From Opitutales bacterium (lineage in GTDB: Bacteria; Verrucomicrobiota; Verrucomicrobiia; Opitutales; UBA2987), in the NCBI GenBank assembly GCA_965226885.1, contig CBDDEL010000016.1:704001-768000 (forward strand): 64,000 nt of DNA. The letters are read 5' to 3'. Position numbers and translations under genes: made by a program. This document shows, piece by piece, positions 43,372 to 55,345 of the stretch. Under the pieces are notes generated by a model that was not told the origin of the DNA, did no database searches, and saw only the letters and a program-made list of their open reading frames with translations. Within the stretch, counting starts at the first letter, position 1; each line of letters starts with the position of its first letter.

Positions 43372-44586
43372 CTAGCGGCCCCGGCGGATGACGGAACCTT
43401 CAAAACTGATGCGGAAGCGGTAACATTGCTTGGTCCTGGTGATAATCTGGAAAGTTTCCCGGTCGATTTTGTCTGGAATCTCATACCGGCGTATGTCCAC
43501 CACAGCGTGATACCCGCGTTCGGAAAAAATGTCGATGAGCATGGCCAGGGCCAGAGAGTGGTCAAAGGTTTTTGATTCCGAATTAATATAGGCCATTCCC
43601 GATATGGCATGTGTTACCACGATGGGCAAAAATTTACTTTGTATCAACCTTACCACCTTCTTGAATAATTCGGTGTGGTTTCGCTCGTATTCGTCCAACC
43701 GCTGGATGAGCTCCTGGCGGGCGTGGATGACGATATTGCTGGCAACTGGAATAGTCTGCAGGCGTTCGTAGGTAGCGCCCTCCAGTTCGAGGGAACTTTG
43801 GTAGCGCAGCTCTTTAACGATGCGGCCCTGAACTTCCCGAATGCTTTCATGGGCATCGATAAAATGGTAGTAAAAAACTTCGCGGAGGGACTTGAGGGCC
43901 TCGTAGGTTATCTCTTTAAACGTGCGGTAACGGTTGCGGGCAGCTTCCTCGTTGAGGTCCGTTTTGCGCAGTTCTATGATATCTCCCATTCCCGAGGTGC
44001 GCACTTGCTCGTTGTGCTCCATGCACATTCGTCCCCGCAGAAGCTGCCGGTCAATGCTCTCCCCCTCATCGATGAAGAGTACCACGATATGGAAGGTGAA
44101 CTTTTTCAGGTTTGTCTTGATACCCTTATCAAGACGGTTGCGCCTAAGTTGTATTACTTTATTGTACAATAGCTTAAGGCACTCCACCTGCACTTTGGTG
44201 CGGGGATAGCCATCGATAACGGCGCCGCTTTTGTATTCGGAGTCGAGCAATTTTTTAAAAACCAGGCGCGTCACCTCGCGGTCTCCCACCATGAGGCCGG
44301 CATCTTTCATCCGCACCGCCTCGGGACTTTTCAGCAATTCGCTGACGATCACCGGATGTGCCGTCATATCCCGAAAATTCATGATAAATTTAGTTTGTGT
44401 GCCCTTCCCTGCTCCGGGGGCTCCATTGAGCCAGAATAATTCGTTGGGAAAACGGATGTTATCTTCCCCGATTTCTTCCAGCAGACTCGCCCACACGGAT
44501 TCAAAAATCAGATGGGCGTCCTTGATCTCGAGATCGCGGGTATTCTTTACGGTAATCTGTTCGCCGATGACAGTTTTATTCGACAT
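43372..44586 (-). CDS. Extended adenylate kinase-like nucleoside monophosphate kinase
   Basis: [10 protein letters not shown] and IDGYPRT motifs, long C-terminal extension. Confidence 0.85.
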   Translation of the reverse strand: MSNKTVIGEQITVKNTRDLEIKDAHLIFESVWASLLEEIGEDNIRFPNELFWLNGAPGAGKGTQTKFIMNFRDMTAHPVIVSELLKSPEAVRMKDAGLMVGDREVTRLVFKKLLDSEYKSGAVIDGYPRTKVQVECLKLLYNKVIQLRRNRLDKGIKTNLKKFTFHIVVLFIDEGESIDRQLLRGRMCMEHNEQVRTSGMGDIIELRKTDLNEEAARNRYRTFKEITYEALKSLREVFYYHFIDAHESIREVQGRIVKELRYQSSLELEGATYERLQTIPVASNIVIHARQELIQRLDEYERNHTELFKKVVRLIQSKFLPIVVTHAISGMAYINSESKTFDHSLALAMLIDIFSERGYHAVVDIRRYEIPDKIDRETFQIITRTKQCYRFRISFEGSVIRRGR

Positions 44587-44673
44587 TTTCGGAAAATAAA
44601 TGGTTCTTCAATACTTGAATATATAAATACTTAAAAGTGAATAACTTGAAGTCGGCAACGATAATCCTCATGC

Positions 44674-45909
44674 TCAAATTTGCTTACCCCTACTTGGAAA
44701 TGGCGGCCGCGTGGAGCGCATCTTTTTCTTGGGAAAACAAATGCGGGAGACGGCTTCTTCGAAATCGGCGACCCCGCTGAGGATGTCAACTTCCAGCCTC
44801 AAATAATAAAAAGGCAGCCCGGGAGTGAACTGCGGGCTTATGCGGACGGCGTCTTTTTCCGTCGTCACGACCATATCGAGTCCAGCCACTTTTACCTTCC
44901 CGAAGAGCTGCTTCAGCTCCCCGTTCGTAAACCGATGATGATCTAGAAAACGCTGGTTATAATACACCTCGGCTCCAAAATCCCGCAGGAATTGCTCGAA
45001 ACTCTCAGGTGCCGCAATGCCGCTGAAAGCGCCGATTTTCTTCCCATGCAAGGCGGACAGCTCCAGACGACTGGTCCCGTTAACCTCTTGCAGGTATTGC
45101 GGCCGATGGGCGCAATCGATGATTTCTGAGCCGGGCTTGTAACGTTGGATGAGCGACTCCAGTTCGTAATCTCTCTGCCCATTCGACTTGGTAATGAATA
45201 CGTAGGAGGCGCGCCGGATGTGCTTGATCGGCTCCCTCAATATGCCTCTGGGCAGGAGATTACCATTGCCGAAAGGGTTCGTTTTATCGATCAGCAGAAG
45301 ATTCAGTTGGCCCTTGAGTCTCAGGTATTGAAAACCGTCATCGAGGATCAAGGTGTCCACTCCAAATTCTTTAATGGCAAAAAAACCAGCTTTGACGCGG
45401 TTTTTATCTACCACCACAACCACTCCGGGCAGATTTTTGGCTAACATATACGGCTCGTCCCCGGCATGGTCGGAATCGAGAAGAATGTTTTTCCCGTCGC
45501 TGACCACTTTAGGCGGAACCGGATCCCCATGGGAGATCATCCGCCACCAAACTTTCCATAGCGGTTCCTTCTTGCTTTTGTAGCCTCGACTGAGAATGGC
45601 CACATTGCGACCGCGATCGGCCAGGGACCGGGCGAATTTTTCGACCACAGGGGTTTTGCCGGTGCCGCCAACGGTCAGGTTGCCTACCACCACCACGAGA
45701 CAGCCAAGGTAATGATTATGCAAAATTCGGTTTTTATAGAGAATGAGCCGGATTTGAACGATAGCGGTGAAGACCTTGGATAAAACATAGAGCAAACACT
45801 GGTAAATGGTCACCAGGCGACCCGTCCGTCTTCCGTAAACGACGTCGATGGAATATTGTTCGAAATCTTCGAACTTGCCAGCAACAGCGGTTATCAGGTT
45901 CCTGATCAT
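44674..45909 (-). CDS. lpxK: Tetraacyldisaccharide 4'-kinase
   Basis: [31 protein letters not shown]. Confidence 0.95.
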   Translation of the reverse strand: MIRNLITAVAGKFEDFEQYSIDVVYGRRTGRLVTIYQCLLYVLSKVFTAIVQIRLILYKNRILHNHYLGCLVVVVGNLTVGGTGKTPVVEKFARSLADRGRNVAILSRGYKSKKEPLWKVWWRMISHGDPVPPKVVSDGKNILLDSDHAGDEPYMLAKNLPGVVVVVDKNRVKAGFFAIKEFGVDTLILDDGFQYLRLKGQLNLLLIDKTNPFGNGNLLPRGILREPIKHIRRASYVFITKSNGQRDYELESLIQRYKPGSEIIDCAHRPQYLQEVNGTSRLELSALHGKKIGAFSGIAAPESFEQFLRDFGAEVYYNQRFLDHHRFTNGELKQLFGKVKVAGLDMVVTTEKDAVRISPQFTPGLPFYYLRLEVDILSGVADFEEAVSRICFPKKKMRSTRPPFPSRGKQI

Positions 45910-46070
45910 ACGATATGGCACATTTTGATGCTTCTCATGCGTTTCAATCAACTTGCATCGATGGTGAGGGGAGAAAAAGGTCCATTGATCGCTATGAGGA
46001 AGTCGCCTGTCTCAACCGGACTTGAAATTTTCCCCATTTTGCCGCTCATGGAAAAAATATCCACTAAATA

Positions 46071-47888
46071 GAGGCTGTCCCAAAAATATAAAGATTTTAT
46101 AGTCAACTGGATGACGTTGATAAAAAGAGCCGGAAAGAGCAAGTTTTTGCTCGATCCGGCCAAAAAAGGGTTCTATAATTGAGTTAGCGAAAATCAATAT
46201 AGCCCTTTCTATGAAAAATATAGCCATCCAATGCCTCCTGCGTCCAGCTTTAACTGTGGTCGACCGGTGCCTCGATTACGATAACTTCCGCGCCACCATT
46301 GATCGAATCGATCGGCTGCTGATCGACTCGGAGGTTGAATCGCAGGCCATTGAGCTGGCCTTGGAGGGGTGGCCGCCAATGGGTCTAAAGGCCCGGCGGC
46401 AGCGGGCCAGTTTTGCCATCAAGGCACTGCGCATGGATACGCTGGGCCGTCTGCTCGGAGGGATTTCGTTTCGGCATTTGTCGCGGGCTCTGGGCAGCAG
46501 CGATCTGTTGGCCGACTTTTGCCGTGTCCGGCAGATCGATGGCATCAGGGGCATCTCCAAAAGCACCCTGGAGCGGGCCTCGAAGTTTTTCAGCGAAGAG
46601 CAGTTGAGGGCCTTGCACCGGACCTTGACTGAGGTGGTGGCCGATGCCCTTCTGGCCCGGCAGGTGGGATTGGACAAGCCGATTGACCCCACCATTTGCC
46701 TGATCGACGGCACCTGTTTGGAGGCTAACATTCATTGGCCGACGGACTGGGTATTACTCAAGGATGTAGCCGGCACGTTGCTCAAAGCGATCCGGCTGAT
46801 CCGCGAGAAGGCCGGTTTGCGCCATCGCATGCCGATCGAACCGGAGCCCTTGGCTCGGCAGATGAATCGGCTGTGCATACAGATGACCCACAGCCGGCGG
46901 CGAAAGGACAGCGCGCGGCAGCGCAAGGGTATCTTGAGGCAGATGAAAAAGCTGCTCAAACGGATCGGGGAGCATGCCCGCAGTCACCGGGAATTATTGC
47001 AAGCCTGCTGGGAGCAAAGCGATTACAGCGAAAAACAGGTCCAACAGATCCTCGCCCGGATGGAGCGCATGAGCGAGCAAATCCCGGTGGTCATCAAACA
47101 GGCGCACGAGCGGATCATTGGCGGCCGCCAGGTGAAAAACGCAGAGAAAGTCTTGAGTGTTTACGAACTCGATGGGCAGGTGATTGTGCGAGGTAAAGCG
47201 GGCCAAGAGGTCGAGTTCGGCAACACCCTGTTTTTGGGAGAAAGCGTTGAAGGGTACCTGCTGGACTGGAAACTCTACGGCAGCCGAACTCCAAGCGAAA
47301 ATGAACAAATGCAAGAGAGTTTGCAAAGACAGAACCGCTTCAACCTGGAAGAACCCATAGCGGCCATGTGCGCGGACCGGGGATTTGCCTCCCAGCGGGC
47401 CCGCCGGCAGTTAGCCCAGGAGGGAATCTACGACGCGCTCTGTCCACGCGATCCGAAGCAGTTGAAAAAACGGATGGAGGAACCACTGTTCAGACAATTG
47501 CAAAAGCGCCGGGCCAGCACCGAAGGGCGGATCGGGGTATTGAAGAATCGCTGGCAGGCCGGGCGGTTGCGCAGCAAAGGCTTTGCCAACCGCTCGATCA
47601 GCGTAGCCTGGTCGGTACTCTCGCACAACCTATGGAAAGTAGCCAAGATGCTGGCCCAGCAAGACGAACTAAAAACCAAAGCGGCGGCCTAGAGAGAGCG
47701 GAAAAGCAAGGACAATACTTTTTCACAGCCTTACTGTCGGCTCATACAAAGAAAACCAGGCAACCGGACCCCAAAACCAGTATCCTAACGTCATAGGAGA
47801 GCAAAGTTGATACTCTCCCAAATGCAAATACCTCTAAAATGAGCGCCTATCAAAAGCCCTCGCAAAATCACCCTTTTGGGACAGCCTC
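46071..47888 (+). mobile_element. IS5/ISNCY-like element, copy C (intact)
   Basis: IRs GAGGCTGTCCCAAAA; 6-bp TSD TAAATA. Confidence 0.95.
46211..47692 (+). CDS. IS5/ISNCY-like DDE transposase, intact
   Basis: 493 aa; DGT, ADRGF and R..TEGRIG.LK motifs. Confidence 0.92.
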   Translation: MKNIAIQCLLRPALTVVDRCLDYDNFRATIDRIDRLLIDSEVESQAIELALEGWPPMGLKARRQRASFAIKALRMDTLGRLLGGISFRHLSRALGSSDLLADFCRVRQIDGIRGISKSTLERASKFFSEEQLRALHRTLTEVVADALLARQVGLDKPIDPTICLIDGTCLEANIHWPTDWVLLKDVAGTLLKAIRLIREKAGLRHRMPIEPEPLARQMNRLCIQMTHSRRRKDSARQRKGILRQMKKLLKRIGEHARSHRELLQACWEQSDYSEKQVQQILARMERMSEQIPVVIKQAHERIIGGRQVKNAEKVLSVYELDGQVIVRGKAGQEVEFGNTLFLGESVEGYLLDWKLYGSRTPSENEQMQESLQRQNRFNLEEPIAAMCADRGFASQRARRQLAQEGIYDALCPRDPKQLKKRMEEPLFRQLQKRRASTEGRIGVLKNRWQAGRLRSKGFANRSISVAWSVLSHNLWKVAKMLAQQDELKTKAAA

Positions 47889-47955
47889 TAAATAATGATA
47901 AAGGGTTGACGGCCTTGCGGCAGGGTCTTTTTTAGGTCAATTTCAAACAGAGTCG

Positions 47956-49029
47956 ATGAGCTATAAACTATACATACCAGGTCCGGTGGAAGTTTCGGCG
48001 AAAACCTACGAGGCCATGGCCACGCCGATTTTCGGCCACCGCGCACCCGAATTTGCTTCGCTTTACAACCGTATCCAGCCGGGCCTGCAAACATTGTTCG
48101 GAACTTGCGACCCGGTTTACCTATTCACCAGCAGTTCCTGGGGGGCTATGGAGGCGGCCGTACGCAATGTCGTCGGCAAAAAGGTTTTAAACTGCATGTG
48201 TGGGGCATTCTCCGACAAATGGCATGATGTCAGCCGGGCCTGCGGAAAGGAGGCCGGCGCCCTGCGTTTTCCATGGGGCCGTTCCGTCGATCCGTCAGCC
48301 GTGGCCGCAGAACTGGCCACCGGTCAATACGATGCCATAACCATCGTTCATAATGAAACCTCGACCGGCCTGATGAACCCGCTGGCGGAATTGATGGAGG
48401 CTGTGCGGGATTTTCCCGAGGTAATCTCGATTGTCGATGCCGTCAGCTCTCTTGCCGCGGTTCCCATCCCAAAGGACGAATGGGGCATCGACATTTTGCT
48501 GACCGGAACACAGAAGGCTCTTGCCATCCCCCCCGGCCTGGCTCTTTGCTCGGTTTCAAAAAAGGCATTGGATCGAGCCGCCCAAATTCCCGGCCGAGGA
48601 TCTTATTTCGATTTTTTGAATTTTCACCAAAATCACCTCAAGAGCATGACGCCGACCACTCCTAGTATCACTCTTATTCACGCCCTTGAATCGAAATTGA
48701 AGGAAATTTTTGAAGAGGGACTGGAAAACCGCTACGCTCGCCACGCCAAACTCAACGCCTTGGTGCACGATTGGGTAGCGCGCAATGGTTTCGCCCTCTT
48801 CCCGAAAAAGGAATTCGCTTCCAAATCGCTCACTTGCGTCGAAAATACCCGTCAAATCGACGTTCCAAAATTCATCGATCTTCTCAAGGAACGGCATAAT
48901 TACGTCATTGATGGCGGGTATGGAAAAATCAAGGGCCGGACCTTCCGCATTTCCAATATGGGAAATGAAACCGAAAAAACAATCGGACAATTGCTGGACA
49001 ATCTCGACAACATTCTTACCGCATTGTAA
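47956..49029 (+). CDS. Class V PLP aminotransferase (alanine-glyoxylate/serine-pyruvate type)
   Basis: IPGP, HNETSTG, DAVSS, TQKALAIPPG. Confidence 0.9.
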   Translation: MSYKLYIPGPVEVSAKTYEAMATPIFGHRAPEFASLYNRIQPGLQTLFGTCDPVYLFTSSSWGAMEAAVRNVVGKKVLNCMCGAFSDKWHDVSRACGKEAGALRFPWGRSVDPSAVAAELATGQYDAITIVHNETSTGLMNPLAELMEAVRDFPEVISIVDAVSSLAAVPIPKDEWGIDILLTGTQKALAIPPGLALCSVSKKALDRAAQIPGRGSYFDFLNFHQNHLKSMTPTTPSITLIHALESKLKEIFEEGLENRYARHAKLNALVHDWVARNGFALFPKKEFASKSLTCVENTRQIDVPKFIDLLKERHNYVIDGGYGKIKGRTFRISNMGNETEKTIGQLLDNLDNILTAL

Positions 49030-49074
49030 TTCTTAAATTTTGAATGTCCTGAATCCTTTTTATCTTTCATAAAA

Positions 49075-51567
49075 ATGAGTAAAACTCTAATTATAGCGGA
49101 GAAACCTAGTGTGACTCGTGATTTAACCCGCGCCCTCGGAAATTTTCGCAAGGTGGATGGTTGGTACGAAAACGATTCCTATATCATCAACTCGGCCATT
49201 GGGCACCTGGTCGAGCTGCCCATGCCCGAGGATATCGACAAAACCTTCAAATTCTGGCGCCTGGAATCGCTCCCCATTATTCCAGATACTTTTAAACTTA
49301 AGCCCATCGAGAAAACAAAATCGAAATTCAGCGAATTGAAAAAACTCATGCGCCGCGAGGATGTCAATGAGGTCATCAACGCCTGCGACGCTGGGCGCGA
49401 GGGCGAGCTCATCTTTACCTACCTCTATGAACTTGGCAAATGCAAAAAGCCGGTCAAGCGACTTTGGCTTAGTTCGATGACGCGCACGGCCATTCGGGAA
49501 GCTTTCGATAATCTGCGCAATGGCGAGGATATGCAAAACCTGCAAGATGCCGCCCGCTGCCGCTCGGAGGCGGACTGGCTGATCGGCATCAACGGCACCA
49601 GGGCGATTACCACCCGCATGTATGGCAGTAAATCCCGCGGCAATGTGGCTTCCGTCGGCCGGGTGCAAACTCCCACCCTCGCTATTGTTTTGGAGAGAGA
49701 AAGGGCAATCAACGCCTTCCAAAGAAGACCCTACTGGAAAATTGTCGGAAATTTCGAGGTCAAGGAAGGAAATTACGAAGGCTTGTATCAAAAAGATGAT
49801 TTTAAAAGATCAGACGACGCCGCGGACAAACCGGATCGTATTTGGGACCGGGATAGAGCCGCCCACATTATTGAAAGTCTCGAAAACGGCGGCCCCGCCT
49901 ATGTCAGCGATACTAAAAAGAGGACGCGCCAGATTGCCCCGCGTCTATATGATCTTACAACCCTGCAACGGGAAGCCAATAACCGCTTCGGGTATTCCGC
50001 CCGGCGCACCCTGAACCTGGCCCAGGCTTTGTATGAAAGACACAAGCGTATAACCTATCCGAGGACGGATTCAAGGGCGCTGCCGGAAGATTATCCAACT
50101 TTGTGTAAAAGATCCCTGGAAGCCTTCGATGGCGAAATGGGAGAACACGCGCAGAAAGTTCTCTCCCAAAACTGGGTCAAACCCAACCGGCGCATCTTTA
50201 ATAATTCCCAGGTCAGCGACCACTTCGCCATCATCCCGACCGGTGACAATGAAAGCCAACTGAATGCGGATGAAGGCAAAATTTACGACATGATTGCCCG
50301 GCGTTTTATCGCCGTCTTTTATCCTCCCGCCGAATATGACGTCACAACCAGAAGAAGTGAAATAAAGGACTATAATTTTAAGACCGAGGGCAAGGTACTG
50401 ATCAAAAAGGGCTGGCTCGAAGTCTATGGAAAAAATAAAAATAGCGGGATCGACCTGCCTTCCCTCTCCGCCGGGGACGGTTCTCCTGCGCAGGCCCATC
50501 TCCGCACGGTAGAGCTAAATGAGGAAGAAACCAAACCGCCGCCCCGCTACACCGAGGCAACACTATTATCAGCCATGGAGGGCGCGGGCAAGTTTGTCGA
50601 TGACGAGCTATTGGCCGATGCCTTGAAGGAAAAAGGCCTGGGCACACCTGCCACACGCGCCTCCATCATTGAACAGTTGGTCAATCAGAAATATATTGAG
50701 CGGGATAAGCGCGACCTCATCCCCACTGCCAAAGCGGAGAACCTGATCGATTTTCTCAGCGCCCTCAAAGCAGGTTCCCTGACCAGCCCGTCCATGACCG
50801 GCGATTGGGAATTTAAATTGAGGCAAATCGAAAATGGGAAATTAACCCGTAAGGAATTCATGAATGGAATCGCCGAAATGACGGGAAATATTGTGGGCCG
50901 GGCAAAATCCTTTCAGGAATCCGATGCTGGGGCGCGAGAAACCGCTATTATCTCCCCCACCGACAACAAACCCATCCTGGAAACGCTTCGCACTTTCAAA
51001 TCGCAGGACGAGGCCCTCGTTATCTACAAAACGATTGGTGGACGCAAGTTTAATGAAGCAGAGATCAAAACCCTAATCGAAGAAAAACAAATTGGTCCAG
51101 TGGATGGGTTTCGATCCAAGGCCGGAAAACCCTTTACCGCCCGGCTCATTCTGAGCCCCGAAAACAAAGTCAAATTTGTATTCGATAATAACGACAACGG
51201 CGAACCCGAAGAACCCATCGACCTGGCAAGCCTAACCCACATCGGCACCTGTCCCAAGGATGGGGGCAAAGTGCTGGCCGCTCCCAGAGCCTTTGCCTGC
51301 GAGCATACCTTCGGCGACAAACGATCCTGCGATTTCAGGATTTTCCGCACTATGCTGGGGAAGGAATTGCCCGAGCAAGAAATCAAGAATCTACTCCAAA
51401 ACGGAAAAACCGGCCTCATCGAAAGATTCCTTTCCAAACGAACCAAAAAGCATTTTTCCGCTTTTCTAACGGTCAACAAGAGTGGTCGTATCGGTTTTGA
51501 ATTTCTCCCGCGCGACAATTCGAAAAAGAAAAAAAGCAAAGCCAAAAGCAAGAAGGCGAAAACCTGA
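49075..51567 (+). CDS. topB: DNA topoisomerase III
   Basis: IAEKPS, DAGREGE, GRVQTPT, ITYPRTD and C-terminal repeats. Confidence 0.92.
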   Translation: MSKTLIIAEKPSVTRDLTRALGNFRKVDGWYENDSYIINSAIGHLVELPMPEDIDKTFKFWRLESLPIIPDTFKLKPIEKTKSKFSELKKLMRREDVNEVINACDAGREGELIFTYLYELGKCKKPVKRLWLSSMTRTAIREAFDNLRNGEDMQNLQDAARCRSEADWLIGINGTRAITTRMYGSKSRGNVASVGRVQTPTLAIVLERERAINAFQRRPYWKIVGNFEVKEGNYEGLYQKDDFKRSDDAADKPDRIWDRDRAAHIIESLENGGPAYVSDTKKRTRQIAPRLYDLTTLQREANNRFGYSARRTLNLAQALYERHKRITYPRTDSRALPEDYPTLCKRSLEAFDGEMGEHAQKVLSQNWVKPNRRIFNNSQVSDHFAIIPTGDNESQLNADEGKIYDMIARRFIAVFYPPAEYDVTTRRSEIKDYNFKTEGKVLIKKGWLEVYGKNKNSGIDLPSLSAGDGSPAQAHLRTVELNEEETKPPPRYTEATLLSAMEGAGKFVDDELLADALKEKGLGTPATRASIIEQLVNQKYIERDKRDLIPTAKAENLIDFLSALKAGSLTSPSMTGDWEFKLRQIENGKLTRKEFMNGIAEMTGNIVGRAKSFQESDAGARETAIISPTDNKPILETLRTFKSQDEALVIYKTIGGRKFNEAEIKTLIEEKQIGPVDGFRSKAGKPFTARLILSPENKVKFVFDNNDNGEPEEPIDLASLTHIGTCPKDGGKVLAAPRAFACEHTFGDKRSCDFRIFRTMLGKELPEQEIKNLLQNGKTGLIERFLSKRTKKHFSAFLTVNKSGRIGFEFLPRDNSKKKKSKAKSKKAKT

Positions 51568-51618
51568 CATTTTTCGGGATCGATTTTAACTTAAATTTTC
51601 CAAGGAAAAAAAACTGCC

Positions 51619-52653
51619 ATGCCCATCGCCACACCAAAACAATTTGCCCAAATGCTGGATGCCGCCCAACAGGCCGATTACGCCTACCCGGCCGTCAATT
51701 GCAGCTCGATTATTACCATCAACGCCGCCCTCAAAGGTTTTGCCGATTGCAAATCCGACGGGCTCATCCAATTTTCCACCGGGGCGGGGCAATTTGCCTC
51801 CGGCCTAAACAACAATAATCCCACTTACGGCTGCATTCTTTTGGCCGAAGCAGCCCATCGTCTGGCCGAACAATACGACGTTGTCATCGCATTAAACACG
51901 GACCATTGCCAACCCGAAAAAGCGGAAAGCTTTTTGCAACCCCTGATCGAGGAAACGGCCAAACGCCGGGCTCGAGGCGAAAGCAATCTGTTTCAAAACC
52001 ACATGCTCGACGCCTCCGCCCTTCCTCTCGAGGAGAACATGGCCTTGAGCAAGGAGTATCTCAAGCTTTGCGCCGAACAGGAGATCATTCTCGAAGTCGA
52101 GGCCGGAGTTGTCGGGGGCGAGGAGGACGGCGCAGCGGGCAGCGAGGACACCCCTTCGGAAAAAATGTACACCACACCGGAGGATATGGTCGCCGTTCAT
52201 GAAGCGCTCCACGGGCTGGGCCGTTTTACCTTTGCAGCCACTTTCGGCAATGTGCATGGTCATTACAAACCGGGCGCTGTCCAACTGCGGCCCGAAATTC
52301 TCCAACAAGGCCAGGAAGCCGTCATCTCACGTTATGGGCCCGAGGCTGAATTCGATTTGGTTTTCCACGGCGGTTCAGGCAGCGAGTTATCGCAAATCCG
52401 GGAAACGCTTGCCTACGGTGTCATCAAAATGAACATCGATACCGACACTCAGTATGCTTTCACTCGGCCCATCGCTGATCACATGTTGAAAAACTACGAC
52501 GGCGTCATGATGATTGACGGAGATATCGGCACCAAAAAATCCTACGATACCCGCTCCTACCTGAAAAAAGCGGAGGCCGCCATGGCCGCCAGGGTCAGTC
52601 GTGGCTGTGACGACCTGCGATCGACCGGCCATACTTTGTTCGGCCAAATTTAA
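51619..52653 (+). CDS. fbaA: Class II fructose-bisphosphate aldolase
   Basis: TDHC, GGEEDG, GNVHG, FHGGSG, KMNIDTD. Confidence 0.95.
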   Translation: MPIATPKQFAQMLDAAQQADYAYPAVNCSSIITINAALKGFADCKSDGLIQFSTGAGQFASGLNNNNPTYGCILLAEAAHRLAEQYDVVIALNTDHCQPEKAESFLQPLIEETAKRRARGESNLFQNHMLDASALPLEENMALSKEYLKLCAEQEIILEVEAGVVGGEEDGAAGSEDTPSEKMYTTPEDMVAVHEALHGLGRFTFAATFGNVHGHYKPGAVQLRPEILQQGQEAVISRYGPEAEFDLVFHGGSGSELSQIRETLAYGVIKMNIDTDTQYAFTRPIADHMLKNYDGVMMIDGDIGTKKSYDTRSYLKKAEAAMAARVSRGCDDLRSTGHTLFGQI

Positions 52654-52676
52654 TCGCTTCGTTTATTTTCAGGACT

Positions 52677-53504
52677 TCAGGGCAGCCAGGGGTATTTCCT
52701 GAAATCAGGTTCGCGCTTTTCCAGAAAGGCGCGGTGGCCCTCGCTCCCCTCCTCCGACATATAATAGAGAAGAGTGGCGTTTCCGGCCAGCTCCTGCAAC
52801 CCGGCTTGACCGTCCACATCGGCATTAAAAGCCGACTTCATACAGCGTATGGCTAAGGGGCTTTTTTCCAAAATCTCTTTGGCCCATTGGACTCCTTCGC
52901 TCTCCAGATCCTCGACCGGCACAACTTTGTTGACCAATCCCATTTCGAGCGCTTCCCGTGCGTTGTAGCGGCGGCACAGGTACCAGATTTCCCGCGCTTT
53001 TTTTTGCCCTACGATTCGCGCCAGGTAACTCGCGCCAAACCCGGCGTCAAAACTGCCCACCCGCGGTCCCGTTTGTCCAAAGACGGCGTTGTCTGCCGCG
53101 ATGGTCAGATCGCAAACCACATGCAACACATGCCCCCCACCAATGGCAAAACCGGCCACCAAGGCAATAACCACCTTGGGCATAGAACGGATAAGCTTTT
53201 GTAAATCGAGCACATTGAGCCGCGGAGTCCCCTCCTCGTCCTTATAGCCGGCCTTGCCGCGAACGCTTTGGTCGCCCCCAGAGCAAAAAGCGTATTTGCC
53301 ATCGATGTGCGGCCCGGCGCCGGTCAGCAAAACAACCCCGATGCGCGGGTCCTCACGGGCGTTGGAAAAAGCGTCGATCATATCCATTACCGTTCGAGGG
53401 CGAAAGGCATTGCGCTTCTCCGGACGGTTAATGGTCACCTTGGCGATACCATCCATCTTTTCATAGAGAATATCCTCGTAAGTTTTAGCCGTTTCCCAGT
53501 GCAT
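52677..53504 (-). CDS. menB: 1,4-dihydroxy-2-naphthoyl-CoA synthase
   Basis: FCSGGDQ, GGGHVL, VGSFD, QELAG. Confidence 0.96.
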   Translation of the reverse strand: MHWETAKTYEDILYEKMDGIAKVTINRPEKRNAFRPRTVMDMIDAFSNAREDPRIGVVLLTGAGPHIDGKYAFCSGGDQSVRGKAGYKDEEGTPRLNVLDLQKLIRSMPKVVIALVAGFAIGGGHVLHVVCDLTIAADNAVFGQTGPRVGSFDAGFGASYLARIVGQKKAREIWYLCRRYNAREALEMGLVNKVVPVEDLESEGVQWAKEILEKSPLAIRCMKSAFNADVDGQAGLQELAGNATLLYYMSEEGSEGHRAFLEKREPDFRKYPWLP

Positions 53505-53532
53505 TTCTATCTTTCTGTATATTTGATAAACT

Positions 53533-55323
53533 TCAAACTAGCCGGGCCGCCATTTCAGAAAAGTTTTTTCGGCGCCACCAGGTGTCCTTTTTCCTGTCAG
53601 TAATAATTTCAATAATGCGGATGCCCGTTTTGGGCAATTGTTTTACCAAACTGGCAGGAGGGTCCAAATTTTTCAATTTCAAATATTCAACCCCATAAGC
53701 GCCCGCTAATTTGCTAAAATCGACCGATTGGGGAGTGGCAAAAAATTTCTCGAAAGGCGGATCGAACTTGGCTACCGGCAATGTTTCAAAGATGCCCCCT
53801 CCATTGTTATTGATGAGAATGATGGTCAAATGGCCCTTAAAATCCTTCGAAATGAGAAAACCATTGATGTCGTGTAGAAGGGCCAAATCTCCGGTCAGCA
53901 AAACGCCACCTTTTCTATTGTCATGGGCCATCCCCAAAGCGGATGACAATGTGCCGTCGATACCGTTCGCCCCCCGGTTGCAATAAACTTGCACGGCCCG
54001 GTTTGCCGGTTCCCAAAAATATTCCATGTCGCGCACCGGCATGGAGTTGGCCACGAATAAGGGAGTCCCTCGCGGCAGGGAGCGGGACAAAATCGAGGAA
54101 ACCTTACCCTCGAATGAAAACCGGCAATCGCGCAACCGGCTCCTCATCCCGCGCAAGGATTTGCCTTCAAGTTTTTTCCACCGCTCGGTCCAGGAATTAC
54201 TTTTAGCGCCCGTCAACTCAAGGGAAGCAACCAGCGCTTCCACCGGCAGTCGAAAATGAAGGGTCTCCCTGTGTAAGGGGTCGAGATTGTCCTGCCCCGG
54301 ATCAATGATAAAGGTTGGGCCAGGATTCGATTCCAACCACGCCCGCAATACCTTGCTCGTGGGCGGAATCCCCAGGCTAAGGACAACCTTGGGCCGGAGT
54401 TCCCCTGCCAGGGCGTCATTCCGCAAAATCAAATCATATTGCGTTATGAGCAGCGGAAATTCTTTTTTATAATTGCGCAAAGGGCTGAGGGCATCGGTCA
54501 ACACGGGCCAGCCGGTGGCTTTCGATAATTGGGAAACCGCCTCAACATACTCGCCGGTATTTTCCGGCTGCACGGCTCCTACCGAAATAAGGCCCTTTCC
54601 CTCTTCTGCTATCGCCTTGATCAATGCTTGCCAAGCGGGATCCTCTTTATGGTTCACTCCCTTCAATTGCACGGGAGGAGGCGGCTTTACGGAATCGACC
54701 AAATTCTTCAAAAAAGATTCGTCAATAATAGCCGCATCATCGGCCTTTTCCTCCGGCCCCAGCGGGTCCCGAAAGGGAATATTCAAATGCACCGGGCCGG
54801 CAGCAGGAAACAGGCTGCGCTCGAAACCGTGAACCAAAGTCTGTCGCAAATACCGAAGCCGCAACGGTTCCACCGATGGCATGGACAGCTCTTTATACCA
54901 GTTGCCATAATCCCCATAAATCTTCACCTGGTCGATCGTCTGGCCGGAAGAACACTCCCGCATTTCCGGCGGTCGATCAGCGGTCAGAACCAGTAACGGA
55001 ACCCGGCTCATACTGGCCTCGATAACAGCCGGATAATAATTGGCCGCTGCCGTGCCTGAGGTGCAAACCAAAGCCACCGGTTCTCTCTTTCTACGAGCCA
55101 ACCCCAAAGCAAAAAAAGAAGCCGAACGTTCATCCAGAACAGATATCGCCTTCAATCCCACATGGCGGCTGAAGGCGAAAGCCAAAGGCGTCGAACGCGA
55201 CCCCGGAGACACCACCACATACCGCAACCCCAATCGCCAAAGCGTCTCAGCCGCCACCGCACCCCAAACCGAATTCACATTGCTGCGGCTTAAAGTATCG
55301 AAAACTGGTTCATTCATTCCCAT
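53533..55323 (-). CDS. menD: SEPHCHC synthase
   Basis: [37 protein letters not shown]. Confidence 0.96.
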   Translation of the reverse strand: MGMNEPVFDTLSRSNVNSVWGAVAAETLWRLGLRYVVVSPGSRSTPLAFAFSRHVGLKAISVLDERSASFFALGLARRKREPVALVCTSGTAAANYYPAVIEASMSRVPLLVLTADRPPEMRECSSGQTIDQVKIYGDYGNWYKELSMPSVEPLRLRYLRQTLVHGFERSLFPAAGPVHLNIPFRDPLGPEEKADDAAIIDESFLKNLVDSVKPPPPVQLKGVNHKEDPAWQALIKAIAEEGKGLISVGAVQPENTGEYVEAVSQLSKATGWPVLTDALSPLRNYKKEFPLLITQYDLILRNDALAGELRPKVVLSLGIPPTSKVLRAWLESNPGPTFIIDPGQDNLDPLHRETLHFRLPVEALVASLELTGAKSNSWTERWKKLEGKSLRGMRSRLRDCRFSFEGKVSSILSRSLPRGTPLFVANSMPVRDMEYFWEPANRAVQVYCNRGANGIDGTLSSALGMAHDNRKGGVLLTGDLALLHDINGFLISKDFKGHLTIILINNNGGGIFETLPVAKFDPPFEKFFATPQSVDFSKLAGAYGVEYLKLKNLDPPASLVKQLPKTGIRIIEIITDRKKDTWWRRKNFSEMAARLV

Positions 55324-55345
55324 ACCTCATTCATTCCCATACCTT

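Noticed and set aside
44611..44652. ATACTTGAA-like direct repeats upstream of the kinase gene
   Set aside because: Imperfect and irregularly spaced in AT-rich DNA; could be chance.
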